Positions 15,527-16,539 of a stretch of DNA of 16,539 nt are shown one piece after another (within the stretch, counting starts at the first letter, position 1; every line of letters starts with the position of its first letter). Where the stretch lies: assembly GCA_039801565.1 (NCBI GenBank), contig JBDRUX010000054.1:1-16539 (forward strand), given 5' to 3'. A program made the position numbers and the translations under genes. The stretch is from a candidate division WOR-3 bacterium. GTDB taxonomy: Bacteria; Hydrothermota; Tepidihabitantia; Tepidihabitantales; JAOUPE01. Under the pieces are notes generated by a model. The model was not told the origin of the DNA. It searched no databases and worked only from the letters and a program-made list of their open reading frames with translations.

Positions 15527-16104
15527 TCTGATTTTACCTCCTCGTAGGCGCGTTTCACCGAAGCAACATTGCCTTCGACCAACTTTTCATTGCCTCGGAA
15601 TTTCACTAAAAGTTTTTTCCGGATTGAGCCAAGCATCGAATCAAAGTTCAAAACACCCGTTACCTTGACTAGTGCTCCCAGCATCGGTGTATTAGGGATT
15701 GGTCGTCCAATCGTATCAATTGCAATCTGGGTGGCATCAACCGTGAAGACCTTTAGCTTAGTATTTTCTAACTTGAGACGTTGTTTCAAAACTTTTGGTT
15801 CCTCTTTGGTATTGACCAAAAGGATTCCATCTTGAGGTAATCCTTCTAAGACTTCATTAGAAATCAAAGTAGGGTCTAAGACCACAACGATATTAGGGTT
15901 TTTAATTGCGGAGTGGATTTGAATTGGTTCGTCAGAAAGTCGGTTGTAAGCGGTGACCGGTGCTCCCATTCGTTCTGGACCATACTCCGGAAATGCCTGA
16001 ATGTATTTACCAGTCTCTAATGCTGCTTCACCAAAAAGGAGCGCCGCGGTCTTAGCACCTTGCCCACCACGACCATGCCAGCGAATTTCTAACAAATTAC
16101 CCAT
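15523..16104 (-). CDS. porC: 2-oxoacid:ferredoxin oxidoreductase gamma subunit
   Basis: [27 protein letters not shown] and PNTPMLGA. Start at ATG 16104 (RBS GGAGGT) rather than 16137. Confidence 0.93.
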   Translation of the reverse strand: MGNLLEIRWHGRGGQGAKTAALLFGEAALETGKYIQAFPEYGPERMGAPVTAYNRLSDEPIQIHSAIKNPNIVVVLDPTLISNEVLEGLPQDGILLVNTKEEPKVLKQRLKLENTKLKVFTVDATQIAIDTIGRPIPNTPMLGALVKVTGVLNFDSMLGSIRKKLLVKFRGNEKLVEGNVASVKRAYEEVKSE

Positions 16105-16219
16105 TTTACCTCCACTGGTTAACCGATAATGATCCAATTTCCCATCCCATAAAACGGGCTAGGAAAAGGCTATAAAAACTCGACTCAGTTAAGTTAATCA
16201 TTTTCTATTTTAAAATTCA

Positions 16220-16248
16220 ATTCTAATTGATTTCTCTAATAAAGTCAA
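16220..16248 (-). promoter_or_regulatory. Sigma70-type promoter for the por-ftcd operon
   Basis: Minus strand TTGACT (16248-16243), 17-bp spacer, TAGAAT (16225-16220). Confidence 0.75.
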
Positions 16249-16269
16249 CCATCCGATTGGCTTACTGTG

Positions 16270-16307
16270 ATTGCAAAGCGAAAATGTCTGCTTTAATTGC
16301 AAAGCGA
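16270..16307. repeat. 12-bp direct repeat ATTGCAAAGCGA x2
   Basis: Exact copies at 16270-16281 and 16296-16307, just upstream of the por -35 box. Confidence 0.6.
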
Positions 16308-16480
16308 TAATCTCCCTGTCTCCTTAATTTATTAGAGGGAGGAATGCAAAACCAGCAAAATTGTATGGTAAACTATGAGACAAAATTGTGATACTGACCG
16401 GGGAAGTGATAATATATTGAAGGAACCTCAAACTCCCGGTTTTTTAAAAGGGGGATTCATTGGATATTGTCAAAAACTTT

Positions 16481-16539
16481 ATGAAAGAAACCACAGAGAA
16501 TCCGAATCGGATTAAGAAAGAAAAAGGGAACTCTGAAAC
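16481..16539 (+). CDS. Possible start of a divergent CDS (MKETTENPNRIKKEKGNSE...), truncated by window end
   Basis: ATG at 16481, open to the window end; too short to identify. Confidence 0.3.
   Translation, partial: MKETTENPNRIKKEKGNSE

Noticed and set aside
10990..15835. Short ORFs within the minus-strand operon (for example 12688..12945, 12780..13103, 14860..15051, 15569..15835)
   Set aside because: Antisense or alternative-frame shadows of conserved genes.
14004..16137. Longer ORF-track starts for porB (14054) and porC (16137)
   Set aside because: Strong RBSs and family N-termini support ATG 14003 and ATG 16104.

Overview
Bacterial window, most likely from an anaerobe; a WOR-3-like candidate lineage is my impression from protein style only and is not verified. 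On the + strand: a 5'-truncated, disrupted XRE-type HTH gene with a tandemly duplicated helical C-terminal domain, a PflX-like radical SAM gene, a PKD + PQQ-like beta-propeller protein, a metallophosphoesterase-CBM9-like fusion, then transaldolase, single-chain transketolase and a class I/II PLP aminotransferase. Converging on the - strand is a probable operon: four-subunit 2-oxoacid:ferredoxin oxidoreductase (porCDAB), bifunctional formiminotransferase-cyclodeaminase, a PHP phosphoesterase and a DUF4159-like protein. No rRNA, tRNA, CRISPR array or intact mobile element was seen. The most intriguing signal is 1..874: the HTH regulator carries two copies of a domain whose residue pattern resembles, by eye, the SIRV2-fold capsid protein of filamentous archaeal viruses (Adnaviria). 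Also notable are degenerate ~9-bp GTTYAA tandem repeats at three gene junctions and an aromatic-rich 21-codon ORF with repeated gene starts in front of the aminotransferase.
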